A stretch of DNA of 44,603 nucleotides. It comes from Candidatus Effluviviaceae Genus IV sp. (GTDB lineage: Bacteria; Joyebacterota; Joyebacteria; Joyebacterales; Joyebacteraceae). Under the pieces are notes generated by a model, which worked only from the letters and a program-made list of their open reading frames with translations, had not been told where the DNA came from and searched no databases. Position 1 is the stretch's first letter. Each line of letters opens with the position of its first letter. Both the position numbers and the translations under genes were made by a program. The DNA is taken from positions 1-44,603 of the forward strand of contig WJLY01000282.1 in the NCBI GenBank assembly GCA_014728245.1, in the 5' to 3' direction. Of the stretch, positions 9,105-17,420 are shown piece by piece.

Positions 9105-9587
9105 CTAGCGCTTGCGGCGCACGGTCTTCTCCACGGTGCGGGCGCCCCTCATGGGCTTCCCCTGCTGGTCTTCGATGTCGCTTATGTCCTCGAACGTGCG
9201 AGCGCCCGACACGCAAGTCCCCGCGCACATCGTGTCCTTCCCCTCAAGCGTCCGGAAGTAGCAGAGGTCGCACTTGGGGTACGTGTGGCGCGTGTTGACG
9301 AGGTCTATGGCGCCGAAAGGACAGGCCTGGGCGCACGAGGTGCACGCGCTGCACTTCAGGTTGCTCCTTATCACCAGCCCGTCGTCCCGCCTCTTGATCG
9401 CCTCCTGAGGACACGCCGCCTCACAGAGCGCCTGCTCGCAGTGCCGGCAGTTCATTTGCAGAACGGTGTTCGTCAGGACCGTCGACGCCTCCAGATAGTC
9501 CTGCTGGTTATGCGAGTAGAAGCAGGCGGCGATACAGCTCCTGCAACTGATGCAGCGTCCGTAGTCGAGGATGTTTCTCTTGTTCAT
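9105..9587 (-). CDS. HycB-like polyferredoxin (four Cys-cluster motifs)
   Basis: 160 aa with four Cys groups: CISCRSCIAAC, CRHCEQALCEAACP, CSACTSCAQACP and CDLC...CAGTC. SD GGGGGAG precedes the ATG. Confidence 0.85.
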   Translation of the reverse strand: MNKRNILDYGRCISCRSCIAACFYSHNQQDYLEASTVLTNTVLQMNCRHCEQALCEAACPQEAIKRRDDGLVIRSNLKCSACTSCAQACPFGAIDLVNTRHTYPKCDLCYFRTLEGKDTMCAGTCVSGARTFEDISDIEDQQGKPMRGARTVEKTVRRKR

Positions 9588-9644
9588 CCAGCTCCCCCGG
9601 AGTTGCTCGTCGCGGGCGGCGCCCCGGCGGCCGCCGCCTGAGTG

Positions 9645-11336
9645 CTAGCCTTCTGTAGTTACCTTCGCTCCCCTCGAGGACACGTCGAACCATCTGGTCT
9701 CCGGGTTCGGTGTCCACGTGAGAAGCCCTCGCGCGTCCGGCACGAAACTGGGTATCGCCACCAGCATGCCGGGCATCCTGTCGGTCACTGTCGCGAGGAT
9801 CTTCGTCTCTCCGCGGTCCGTGCCGACGGTGACGCTCGCGCCCTGTTCGATGTCGAGGCTCTCGGCGGCCTCCTCCCCGACCCATATCTCGCAGTAGGGG
9901 GACTGCTGCTGCGCGAAGGCCATTCGTCCGGTTATCGTGCCGTCCCACCTGTGCATCGGGTTCGTCTTCTCGACGAGCGTCACGCCCTCGGCGCCCGAGG
10001 CGCCGGCCAGCCTCTTGAGCTCCGCGTCGACGTCGATCTCGAGCGGCGGATGCTCCGCCGCGGGTTCCCGGGTCGCGAGGTTGGCGCCGAGCTCCCGGGC
10101 GATGGCGCCCAGCATCTCCGAGACCGGCGTGGCGTCGCCCTGCGGGTCCTTCAGCGGCTCGATATTGGTCGTGATGGAAAGCGACGCGGAGTAGCTGCCG
10201 ACGAACTCGGTCCAGACCGACTGCGGAAGCCCGACGTCGCTGTGCTTGGTCGTGTCGTTCTCGAATATCGACGACGCGGCTAGAAGCTCCAGCCCCTCGA
10301 GCGTCTCGGCCGAGACCGCGCCCGGGTATAGCTGCACGAGATCGGGGCCGAAAACCAAAAGCCCCTTGATCTTCCCGGCCGCCACGTCCTTGAGCATCCC
10401 GGGCAACGTCCTTCCGGACCCTATCCTCCTGAAGGCGCCGATGGCGTTCCCGCCCCGGAAGAAGGGCGCGTACTTCCCGCCCACGGCCGCGGCCAGCGCC
10501 GATGCGAGCTTGCCCGTGAGATACCCGGCAGCCGAATCGCCCAGTCTCGATGACACGAGCACGACGACCTTCTCGTGCTCCTTGATGTTCCTGGCGATGC
10601 TCGAGAGCTCGGCCTCCGGCATGCCGGCCGCCTCCGCGGCTTCCGAAACGGAGATCGCGGGGGCGCCCTTCGCGTTCAGCGCCGAAAGAATGCCGGCCAG
10701 GACGACCGGCTCGGCGCCGGGCGCCGTCGCGATGTGCCTGTCGGCGAACCAATCGGTGTTCGTGCGGAACGGGTTCACCGTGTAGATCCGGTTCGAGCGC
10801 GATCTGTGGCGGGCCTCTATGATCCGCTTCGCCAGACACGGGTGCCCCCAGAAGACGTCACCTATCATCACGAAGCAGTCGGCGTCGTCGAGATCCTCCG
10901 GTGTCGCGTCGCCGGCCCCTCCGCCCATGAGCTGAGGCAGGTCGTTGCCGTCGTAAGCGACGGCCACGTTCCTGGTGCCGAGCGCGTCCGCGGCGAAGGC
11001 CGCGACCGCGTCGTAGTCCTCGTTCGAAAGCTCCGTGCCGACGACTACGCCGATGGCGTCACCGCCCGCACCCTCCTTCAGTTCGGAGATCTTGCCCGCG
11101 GTCCTGTTCACGCCGCTCGCCCACGTCACCCTGCGCCTGTTCACCGTGGCAGCGATGAACCTCCTGGGATGCTGGAGCAATTCTATGTTGTAGTGACCTC
11201 GGACGCAGAGCGATCCGAGATTCTGCCTGGCGTCCTTGTCGAGATCGATCCTCACGGGGACGCCCGCGTCCATCTCCATGCCGTATCCGCACTGGAGAGA
11301 GCAGAAGAGACACGACGCCTTCTTTATCTCTGGCAT
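9645..11336 (-). CDS. molybdopterin-oxidoreductase (MopB) family protein, formate-dehydrogenase-like but short and apparently lacking the Sec/Cys-His active-site pair
   Basis: 563 aa. N-terminal CX2CX3C...C [4Fe-4S] motif (CLFCSLQC...CVRG). MopB core (DADCFVMIGDVFWGHP). C-terminal beta-barrel-like end (ASVTVGTDRGETKILATVTDRMPGMLVAIP). Confidence 0.8.
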   Translation of the reverse strand: MPEIKKASCLFCSLQCGYGMEMDAGVPVRIDLDKDARQNLGSLCVRGHYNIELLQHPRRFIAATVNRRRVTWASGVNRTAGKISELKEGAGGDAIGVVVGTELSNEDYDAVAAFAADALGTRNVAVAYDGNDLPQLMGGGAGDATPEDLDDADCFVMIGDVFWGHPCLAKRIIEARHRSRSNRIYTVNPFRTNTDWFADRHIATAPGAEPVVLAGILSALNAKGAPAISVSEAAEAAGMPEAELSSIARNIKEHEKVVVLVSSRLGDSAAGYLTGKLASALAAAVGGKYAPFFRGGNAIGAFRRIGSGRTLPGMLKDVAAGKIKGLLVFGPDLVQLYPGAVSAETLEGLELLAASSIFENDTTKHSDVGLPQSVWTEFVGSYSASLSITTNIEPLKDPQGDATPVSEMLGAIARELGANLATREPAAEHPPLEIDVDAELKRLAGASGAEGVTLVEKTNPMHRWDGTITGRMAFAQQQSPYCEIWVGEEAAESLDIEQGASVTVGTDRGETKILATVTDRMPGMLVAIPSFVPDARGLLTWTPNPETRWFDVSSRGAKVTTEG

Positions 11337-11409
11337 GTCGGCTAACCTCTCGCGCGAGACAGGACCGGAACGGACCTCAGACCCCTCGGCCCGCTCCCCC
11401 AGTCACTGA

Positions 11410-12255
11410 CTAGAACGGATCTTCGAACTTCTCGATCTGCTTCGCGGTCATGACGGGACCGTCCATACAGACGAAGTACTCCCCCAGCATGCAGTGGCCG
11501 CACTTGCCAAGACCGCAGCTCATGTTGCGCTCCATCGAAAGATAGATATTGGAGGGGTCGAAGCCCTTCTCCAGGAGAACCATGTTCACGAACTTGAGCA
11601 TGATGGGCGGCCCGCACGCGCAGGCCACCGCGTTCTCGGCGGTGAACGGCAGCTTGTCGACGTCGACCGTGGTCAGAAGCGGCAGATCGTCCAGGAGCAC
11701 CGTCACGACGCCGACCTTCCCGCTCCATTCCGGATGCGGCTCGTCGATCGTCAGGAGCACCTCGGTGTTCTTCTTCTTTTCCCACACCGGGAGCAGGTCC
11801 CTGTAGACGATGTCGTCCGGCGTTCTCGCGCCGTACCGGATCGAGACCTTCTTGTACTTGTCTATGTCGTCGAAGAGGGCGAGGATGAGAGAGCGCAGAG
11901 GCGCCAGGCCGACGCCGCCGCCGACTATGAGGATCTCCTTCCCCTCGAAGTCCTTCATGTTGTAGCCGTTGCCGTAAGGGCCGCGGATCCCCACGGTGTC
12001 GCCCACCTTCATCTGCTCGAGGGCCTCCGTCACCATGCCGACCCGCATAATCGTGATCTCGAGCGTGTCCTTCACGTTGGGATTCGAAGACGGTGTGAAG
12101 GGCGCCTCCCCTACTCCGGGGACGGTAAGCTCGACGAACTGGCCCGCCTCGAACGTCACCGGCTCCTTGGGCCGGAACCGGTACGTCGTGATGTTCGGAG
12201 TCTCCTTCTTTATGTCCTCGATCACGCTCTCGATAGGCCTGTACAGGTTCTTCAT
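11410..12255 (-). CDS. FAD/NAD(P)-binding [2Fe-2S] oxidoreductase subunit (HydG / AsrB / PyrK family)
   Basis: Starts at MKNLYRPIESV, with an ATGA overlap on the upstream stop. Dinucleotide-binding ILIVGGGVGLAPL. C-terminal CGLGKCGHCMLGEYFVCMDGP [2Fe-2S] motif. The track ORF start at 12333 is rejected. Confidence 0.85.
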   Translation of the reverse strand: MKNLYRPIESVIEDIKKETPNITTYRFRPKEPVTFEAGQFVELTVPGVGEAPFTPSSNPNVKDTLEITIMRVGMVTEALEQMKVGDTVGIRGPYGNGYNMKDFEGKEILIVGGGVGLAPLRSLILALFDDIDKYKKVSIRYGARTPDDIVYRDLLPVWEKKKNTEVLLTIDEPHPEWSGKVGVVTVLLDDLPLLTTVDVDKLPFTAENAVACACGPPIMLKFVNMVLLEKGFDPSNIYLSMERNMSCGLGKCGHCMLGEYFVCMDGPVMTAKQIEKFEDPF

Positions 12256-13328
12256 GCTTCCGCCTTCTCCGTGGTGAGAACGTGCCTCATCGCTTCGCGC
12301 ATGTCTATCCGGCCCATGCATACGTCTATGCATCTCCCGCAGCCGGTGCAGGTTACGAGTCCGTACCTGTCGCGCGTGTACTCGAACTTGCAGCGCAGCC
12401 TGTGCTCAAGCCGCTGGGGCAGCTCGGGGCGGGCGTTGCCTCCGCCGCCTGTTCTCGCGTATCCGATCGACAGGCAGGTGTCCCAGTTCCTCGTCCGCTC
12501 GTACGCGCCGTCGGACTGCTGGTCGACCAGAAGGAAGCACGTGCACGTCGGGCAGCACCGATTGCACGCCGAGCACGCCACGCAGTTCTGCGTCGCGTAG
12601 GCCCACGCCTCCTTCGTGCCCTCGAGATCAAGCTTGTCGTAGGAACTCTCTATCTCGTCAAAGAACTCCGCGTTCTGCCGGTCGATCGCCTCGGTCACCG
12701 ACCTCCGCCGCTTGTCGCGCGCCTCCAGGTGCTCGGGCAACGCGTCCGTCACGAGGTCGTCATTCCCAGACATCAGTTTCTCGCCCTTCTCCGAGCCGAC
12801 GGTCAGGATGTAGCCGCCGTCGATGGGCGATACGTTGAGGTCGAAGCCCTCGGTCGGCCAGGGTTGGCCGCCGACCTTCGTGCAGAAGCACGTCTCCTTC
12901 GCGAAGGAGCAATCGACCGACACGATGAAGAGGTTCTTCCTCTTCTCGACGATGAACGGATCGTCATACTCCTCGGTGAAGTGCTCGGTGCTCCAGTAGA
13001 CCTTGTCGAACTTCCGGAGGCCCCTGAGGTCGCAGCTCCTGGGGCCGACGATCACCGTCTCCGGCGCCTCGACGTCGGCATCGGATTCTCCCGACGGGTA
13101 CTTCGCGACGACCTCTCTGGGGTAGAAGATGAAGGACTTCGGGTTGGTGGCCAGCGCCGCGCCCTCCAGGGTCATGTTCTCGGGAACCTCGTCGCCGACC
13201 TGCTCGTAATCCGGCGTCTCCTCGTGGTTCATGATGTCGAACTTGGCCGGAACGTAGACCCTGTGGTCCTTCGCCCACCGTCCGATCAGCTTCAAGAGGT
13301 TCTCTCGTCCGATGAAGACTTCTCTCAT
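12252..13328 (-). CDS. Fe-S subunit of the HydB (sulfhydrogenase beta) / AsrA family
   Basis: Starts at MREVFIGRENLL, with SD GAGAGGA 8 nt upstream. Cys clusters CVACSACNRCCPTCTCF and CTGCGRCIDVC. First gene of the operon. Confidence 0.8.
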   Translation of the reverse strand: MREVFIGRENLLKLIGRWAKDHRVYVPAKFDIMNHEETPDYEQVGDEVPENMTLEGAALATNPKSFIFYPREVVAKYPSGESDADVEAPETVIVGPRSCDLRGLRKFDKVYWSTEHFTEEYDDPFIVEKRKNLFIVSVDCSFAKETCFCTKVGGQPWPTEGFDLNVSPIDGGYILTVGSEKGEKLMSGNDDLVTDALPEHLEARDKRRRSVTEAIDRQNAEFFDEIESSYDKLDLEGTKEAWAYATQNCVACSACNRCCPTCTCFLLVDQQSDGAYERTRNWDTCLSIGYARTGGGGNARPELPQRLEHRLRCKFEYTRDRYGLVTCTGCGRCIDVCMGRIDMREAMRHVLTTEKAEA

Positions 13329-13570
13329 CGTGGCTGTCCTCTCAGTCGTGTTGACATGGCGCTGAAACGTCCCCCCCCGGCCACCGCTCCGCAACCGCCC
13401 GTTCAGGAGCAGGCGCCCGCGCCGGGCCTATTGCGCGCGAACCCCGCACCGTTCCCCAATCTCTGAGGAGCGGACCCGGGGTCAGGCCTTCTGCCGCGCT
13501 GGGTTCTAAAGGCGTCCCGCCCAGGCCTGCAAGTAACACTCAGCTCCTTCACTGATTGCCCTCGCGGGTC

Positions 13571-13612
13571 GAACGAAACCCCGACCCCCGGAAGATGGCA
13601 CCGGGTCGGGGA
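13571..13612 (-). terminator. putative rho-independent terminator downstream of hflK
   Basis: On the minus strand: CCCCGACCCGG-loop-CCGGGGGTCGGGG followed by TTTCGTT. It lies about 80 nt after the hflK stop and before the hydrogenase operon. Confidence 0.5.
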
Positions 13613-13692
13613 TTATGATCCGTAAGAGTCTATCGCCGGGACGGCGGCCGCGTCAAGCCAAAACCCGGGTTCACGGGCCGGTAGAGCGCGCG

Positions 13693-14745
13693 TCACTCGT
13701 TCGGAGTCAGGAACCTGAGGTCGAGCGTGCTGTCGCCTTCCCTGGGATCGAGCACGTACTTGCGTACGTTCTCCAGCACCTTCTCGAGCGCCTCGAGATA
13801 GAGACGCTCCCTGGTCGCCGTGGGGGCGTTCCGGTACTCGGCGAACACTGCCGTGAACCTGGCCGCCTCGCCCTCCGCCCGGGCGACCTTCTCGGAACCG
13901 TAGCCCTCCGCGGACTCAACGAGACCGGCCGCCTCGCCGCGGGCCGTCGGGACGACCCGGTTAAGATACCCCTCGGCTTCCTGCACGATCCTGTTGCGAT
14001 CCTCGCGCGCGCTCGCCACCTCGCGAAAGGCGTCCGCGACCTCGCGGGGAGGATTGGTCTCCTGAAGGTGCGCCGCCACTATCTCTATCCCCGCGCCGTA
14101 GCGATCGAGCACGCGCTGCGCGCGTTCCTTGACAGTCGTCGCGATCTCAACCCTAGCTGTCGTCAGGACGTCCTCGACCGGCATCGTCCCGACCTTCTCC
14201 GTCAGGACCGACTCGCCCACCTTCCTCACCAGCCAGTGAGGTTCCTCGCATGCGAACAGGAAGTCCGTCGGGGACTTGACGACATACTGGATCAGAAGCT
14301 GGATCTCCATGATATTCTCGTCGCCCGTCACGAACTGAGCCTCGCGGGCCTCTGGGCTGATCCCGCGGAGCCGGTCGACGATCTTGTACCCCACGCTCAT
14401 CCTCTTGATCGAGGTCACCTGCGGCGTGTCGACCGCATCGACAGGCCACGGGATGCGGTAGTGGATCCCCGGCGCGACCGATTCCCGGACGACGCGGCCG
14501 AACCTGCGCACCACTCCGCGCTCGTCCGGCTGTACGACGTAGATGCCCGAGAGGAGGTACATCGCGACGACCGCCAGCGCCGCGAGCCTGGAGATGCCAC
14601 GGAGCCTTCGGAGTCCCTCCGACATGTCGGACTTGACCGACGTCGTCGCGGCCCTGCGGCTCCTCGACTCATCGTCGCGGCGGACGGGCTCTTCGCCTTC
14701 GGGACCCGCGTCCGGGTCGCTGTTTCTGCGCTCGGGCTCTTCCAC
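13693..14745 (-). CDS. hflK: HflK-type SPFH/band-7 protein
   Basis: 350 aa (GTG start in the track; a later ATG is possible). Single TM then an SPFH domain (GIYVVQPDERGVVRRFGR...FVTGDENIMEIQLLIQY...ARGEAAG...AEGEAARF). Confidence 0.85.
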   Translation of the reverse strand: MEEPERRNSDPDAGPEGEEPVRRDDESRSRRAATTSVKSDMSEGLRRLRGISRLAALAVVAMYLLSGIYVVQPDERGVVRRFGRVVRESVAPGIHYRIPWPVDAVDTPQVTSIKRMSVGYKIVDRLRGISPEAREAQFVTGDENIMEIQLLIQYVVKSPTDFLFACEEPHWLVRKVGESVLTEKVGTMPVEDVLTTARVEIATTVKERAQRVLDRYGAGIEIVAAHLQETNPPREVADAFREVASAREDRNRIVQEAEGYLNRVVPTARGEAAGLVESAEGYGSEKVARAEGEAARFTAVFAEYRNAPTATRERLYLEALEKVLENVRKYVLDPREGDSTLDLRFLTPNE

Positions 14746-14750
14746 CTGGG

Positions 14751-15632
14751 CTAACGTTCCTTCCTGTTCAGGAGATCCAGAAGGTCCGAGTCGGACGAGA
14801 GGATCACCGTCGTCTTCTCGTCGAGGAACTTGCCGTAGGATTCCAGTTTGCGCGTGAACTCGTAGAAGTCCGGGTCCGCGCTGAAGGCCTCCGCGTAGAC
14901 CTTCGCCGCCTCCGCGTCCCCGCGACCTCGGATCGTCTCGGCCTCGCGGTAGGCCTCCGCCAGGATCTCCTGGCGCTCCCTGTCCGCCTCGGCCCTGATC
15001 CTGATCGCCTCCTCCTCGCCCTCCGACCTGTAGCGCATAGCGATCCTGCTTCGCTCGGCCCTCATCCTGTCGAACACGCTCTGCTTGTTCTGCTCAGGAA
15101 AGGCCAGTCGCTTCATCCGGACCTCGGATATGTCTATCCCGAAACTGGCGCTCGCTGTCGCGCTGCACCCGGCGGTCACCGTGTCCATGATCGCCGCGAT
15201 CTTCATCTGCTCTGGATCGACCGAGATCAAGGCGTGCAGGGGGTAGCGGCCGAGGGCGGCGCCGACCTCCGAGGCCACTATATCGGCCATCCTGACCTCG
15301 GCGCCGGCGCGGTCGGTCACGGTCTCCAGGAAGCGTCTCGGGTCCTGGATCTTCCACGCCACGAACGTGTCGGCGACGATGTTCTTCTTGTCGTTCGTCA
15401 GAAACTCGGTGGGCTTGGGATCGTAGACAAGGAGCCTCTTGTCGAAGAACCTCGCCGCCTGCACGGGCTGCGGCATCTTCCAGTGCAGCCCGGCTTCCTC
15501 CACCACCCTGACCGGATCCCCGAACTGAGTGACGATGGCCAGCCGCGTCTCGTCGACGACGAACAGCGACGTCCTCGCCACGAGAAGCGCCACCACTATC
15601 ACAGCCACAACGTAGAACCAGCGTTTATCCAT
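14751..15632 (-). CDS. hflC: HflC
   Basis: 293 aa, collinear with E. coli HflC as I recall it (SLFVVDETRLAIVTQFG...RMRAERSRIAMRYRSEGEEEA...GDAEAAKVYAEAFSADPDFYEF). Confidence 0.9.
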   Translation of the reverse strand: MDKRWFYVVAVIVVALLVARTSLFVVDETRLAIVTQFGDPVRVVEEAGLHWKMPQPVQAARFFDKRLLVYDPKPTEFLTNDKKNIVADTFVAWKIQDPRRFLETVTDRAGAEVRMADIVASEVGAALGRYPLHALISVDPEQMKIAAIMDTVTAGCSATASASFGIDISEVRMKRLAFPEQNKQSVFDRMRAERSRIAMRYRSEGEEEAIRIRAEADRERQEILAEAYREAETIRGRGDAEAAKVYAEAFSADPDFYEFTRKLESYGKFLDEKTTVILSSDSDLLDLLNRKER

Positions 15633-15692
15633 AGTATGTCTCCGAAATCCCGGCCGCGCCGCGCCCCTTACGGGCAGGGCGTCCCGCGACCG

Positions 15693-17420
15693 CTACTCCA
15701 TCTCCGCGGCGGTCCCGAGAGATTTGTCTATCATGCGGATGTCGTACCCGCGAAGATCGACGTCGGTCGTTACCACGAACTTCTTGAGGTCGCGAAGCAG
15801 CGTCTCCATCTTCTCTATGTAGAGGCGCGTCTCGGTTACCTCACGGGCCCGGCGGTACTGGGCCGCGAGCGCCATGAACCTGGCCGAGTCCCCGATCGCG
15901 CGGTCTACTCTCTCGCTCTCGTAGGCCTCGGCCTCTATTACCGTTCGCTTCGCCTCGCCGCGCGCCTTCGGCAGAGTCTGGTTCTTGTAAGCGCGCGCCT
16001 CGTTTATGATCCTGTTCTTGTCCTCGCGGGCGCTGGCGACGTCCCGGAACGACGGCACGACCTCGAGCGGCGGATGGATATCCTGGAGTCTTACGCCCAC
16101 GATCTCGACGCCGGCGTCGGCGAAGTCGATCATCTCCTGAACGCCGCCCGTGAGGACCTGCTCGAGCGAGTCGCGTTTCGCGGTCAGCACATCCTCAAGC
16201 GCAAGCGCACCCACGACCTGTCCCATGACCGTCTCGCCCGCAAGCTTGACGAGCGCCCCCGCGTCCGAGACGTTGAACATGTAGTCGAGAGGCCTCGACA
16301 CCCGATAGAGCACGACCGCGTTCATGTCGACGATATTCTCGTCACCGGTCAGCCGGAGCGCCTCCTCGGGCCGCTTCTCATACGTGCCCGCGGCGTGCCT
16401 GCTCTCCCACAGCGTGGCGTAGAACTCGGCGGCCACCTCGGTCACGGCCCGCGGCTCGTCCCTCGTCTCAAAGCCGATCTCGACCCGCCGGACGAGCGGG
16501 ACGTCGACCACGGTGACCCGGTCCACGGGCCAGGGCGCCTTCAGGTGAACGCCCGGCGCTGTCGGCTCGCCCACGTTCCTGCCCCATCTGCGCACAACGC
16601 CGACGCGGCCCGGCCCCACGAAGTAGAGTCCCGTTAGGAGCCAGAGCGCGACGAGCACGAGGACGCCGGTCGCCGCGAGGGCTCTTCTGCGACGCGGGTC
16701 TCTCAAGGAGGAGACCACGTTCCGGCCCAGCCGGCGCATCCCGGCGCGCTCGAGCCACGACAGCGCCACTCGCGCCGGCGGCCACGAAGACAGGGCCGCG
16801 GCCGACGCGGTCCGCGTCGCCGTGCCCTCGCGAAGGCCCCTGACGGAAGCGAGCACGATCATGAGGCCCGACTCCACGATGAACAGCGCGACGACCGCGG
16901 CCGCGATCCTGTCCAGCTCGATTCCGATGGCGTGTCCCATGAGTCCGACCACGACGGCGCCGGTGGTCCACGTATCGATTCTGGAGTGATGCCCGTCGGC
17001 GATGAGAGAGAGGCTTCGCGTCTCGCGTCCCACGTGGAGCTTGTACTGCGCCGCGTAGTAGGAGACGAGCGCGGCGACGAGGCTGCCGCCGATGGCGACC
17101 GGCAGGTTGGTGATCGCCGCTCCCGCGGCCGCCGATACGCGCTGGAAGATCTCGACCGCCGCCCAGAGTATGAGTCCGCCGACGATGAGCGCCACCGCGT
17201 TCTCGATGAGGGCCAGGTTGCGGCTGTTCTCCCTGCGGGAGATGTGCGCTCCCGCCCATACGACGCTCGAGGCCACGATGTCGGAGCCGGAGTGCCACGC
17301 GTCGGCCAGGAGGGCCAGGCTGCCGGAGAGGGTCGCGAGGAGCACTTTCAACGCCACGAGACCGACGTTGATGCCGACCGATACGAGTGCGGTTCTCTCG
17401 ACTCGATCCAAGCTCGCCAC
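15693..17420 (-). CDS. fusion protein: cation-diffusion-facilitator (CDF) transmembrane domain + HflK-type SPFH domain
   Basis: Residues 1-195 have six predicted TMs with CDF metal-site motifs (LLADAWHSGSD in TM2, IADGHHSRID in TM5). Residues 250-575 have one TM plus an HflK-like SPFH domain (GLYFVGPGRVGVVRRWGR...LTGDENIVDMNAVVLY...ARGEAKR). The start is GTG at 17420, or TTG at 17411 behind AAGAGGTG. Confidence 0.8.
   Translation of the reverse strand: MASLDRVERTALVSVGINVGLVALKVLLATLSGSLALLADAWHSGSDIVASSVVWAGAHISRRENSRNLALIENAVALIVGGLILWAAVEIFQRVSAAAGAAITNLPVAIGGSLVAALVSYYAAQYKLHVGRETRSLSLIADGHHSRIDTWTTGAVVVGLMGHAIGIELDRIAAAVVALFIVESGLMIVLASVRGLREGTATRTASAAALSSWPPARVALSWLERAGMRRLGRNVVSSLRDPRRRRALAATGVLVLVALWLLTGLYFVGPGRVGVVRRWGRNVGEPTAPGVHLKAPWPVDRVTVVDVPLVRRVEIGFETRDEPRAVTEVAAEFYATLWESRHAAGTYEKRPEEALRLTGDENIVDMNAVVLYRVSRPLDYMFNVSDAGALVKLAGETVMGQVVGALALEDVLTAKRDSLEQVLTGGVQEMIDFADAGVEIVGVRLQDIHPPLEVVPSFRDVASAREDKNRIINEARAYKNQTLPKARGEAKRTVIEAEAYESERVDRAIGDSARFMALAAQYRRAREVTETRLYIEKMETLLRDLKKFVVTTDVDLRGYDIRMIDKSLGTAAEME

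Noticed and set aside
9645-11336. Calling this gene a catalytic (seleno)formate dehydrogenase alpha subunit
   Set aside because: The ORF is uninterrupted, so there is no in-frame TGA for Sec. By-eye alignment shows no Cys/Sec-His at the expected position, and the protein is short. It is kept as a generic MopB-family protein pending a proper alignment.
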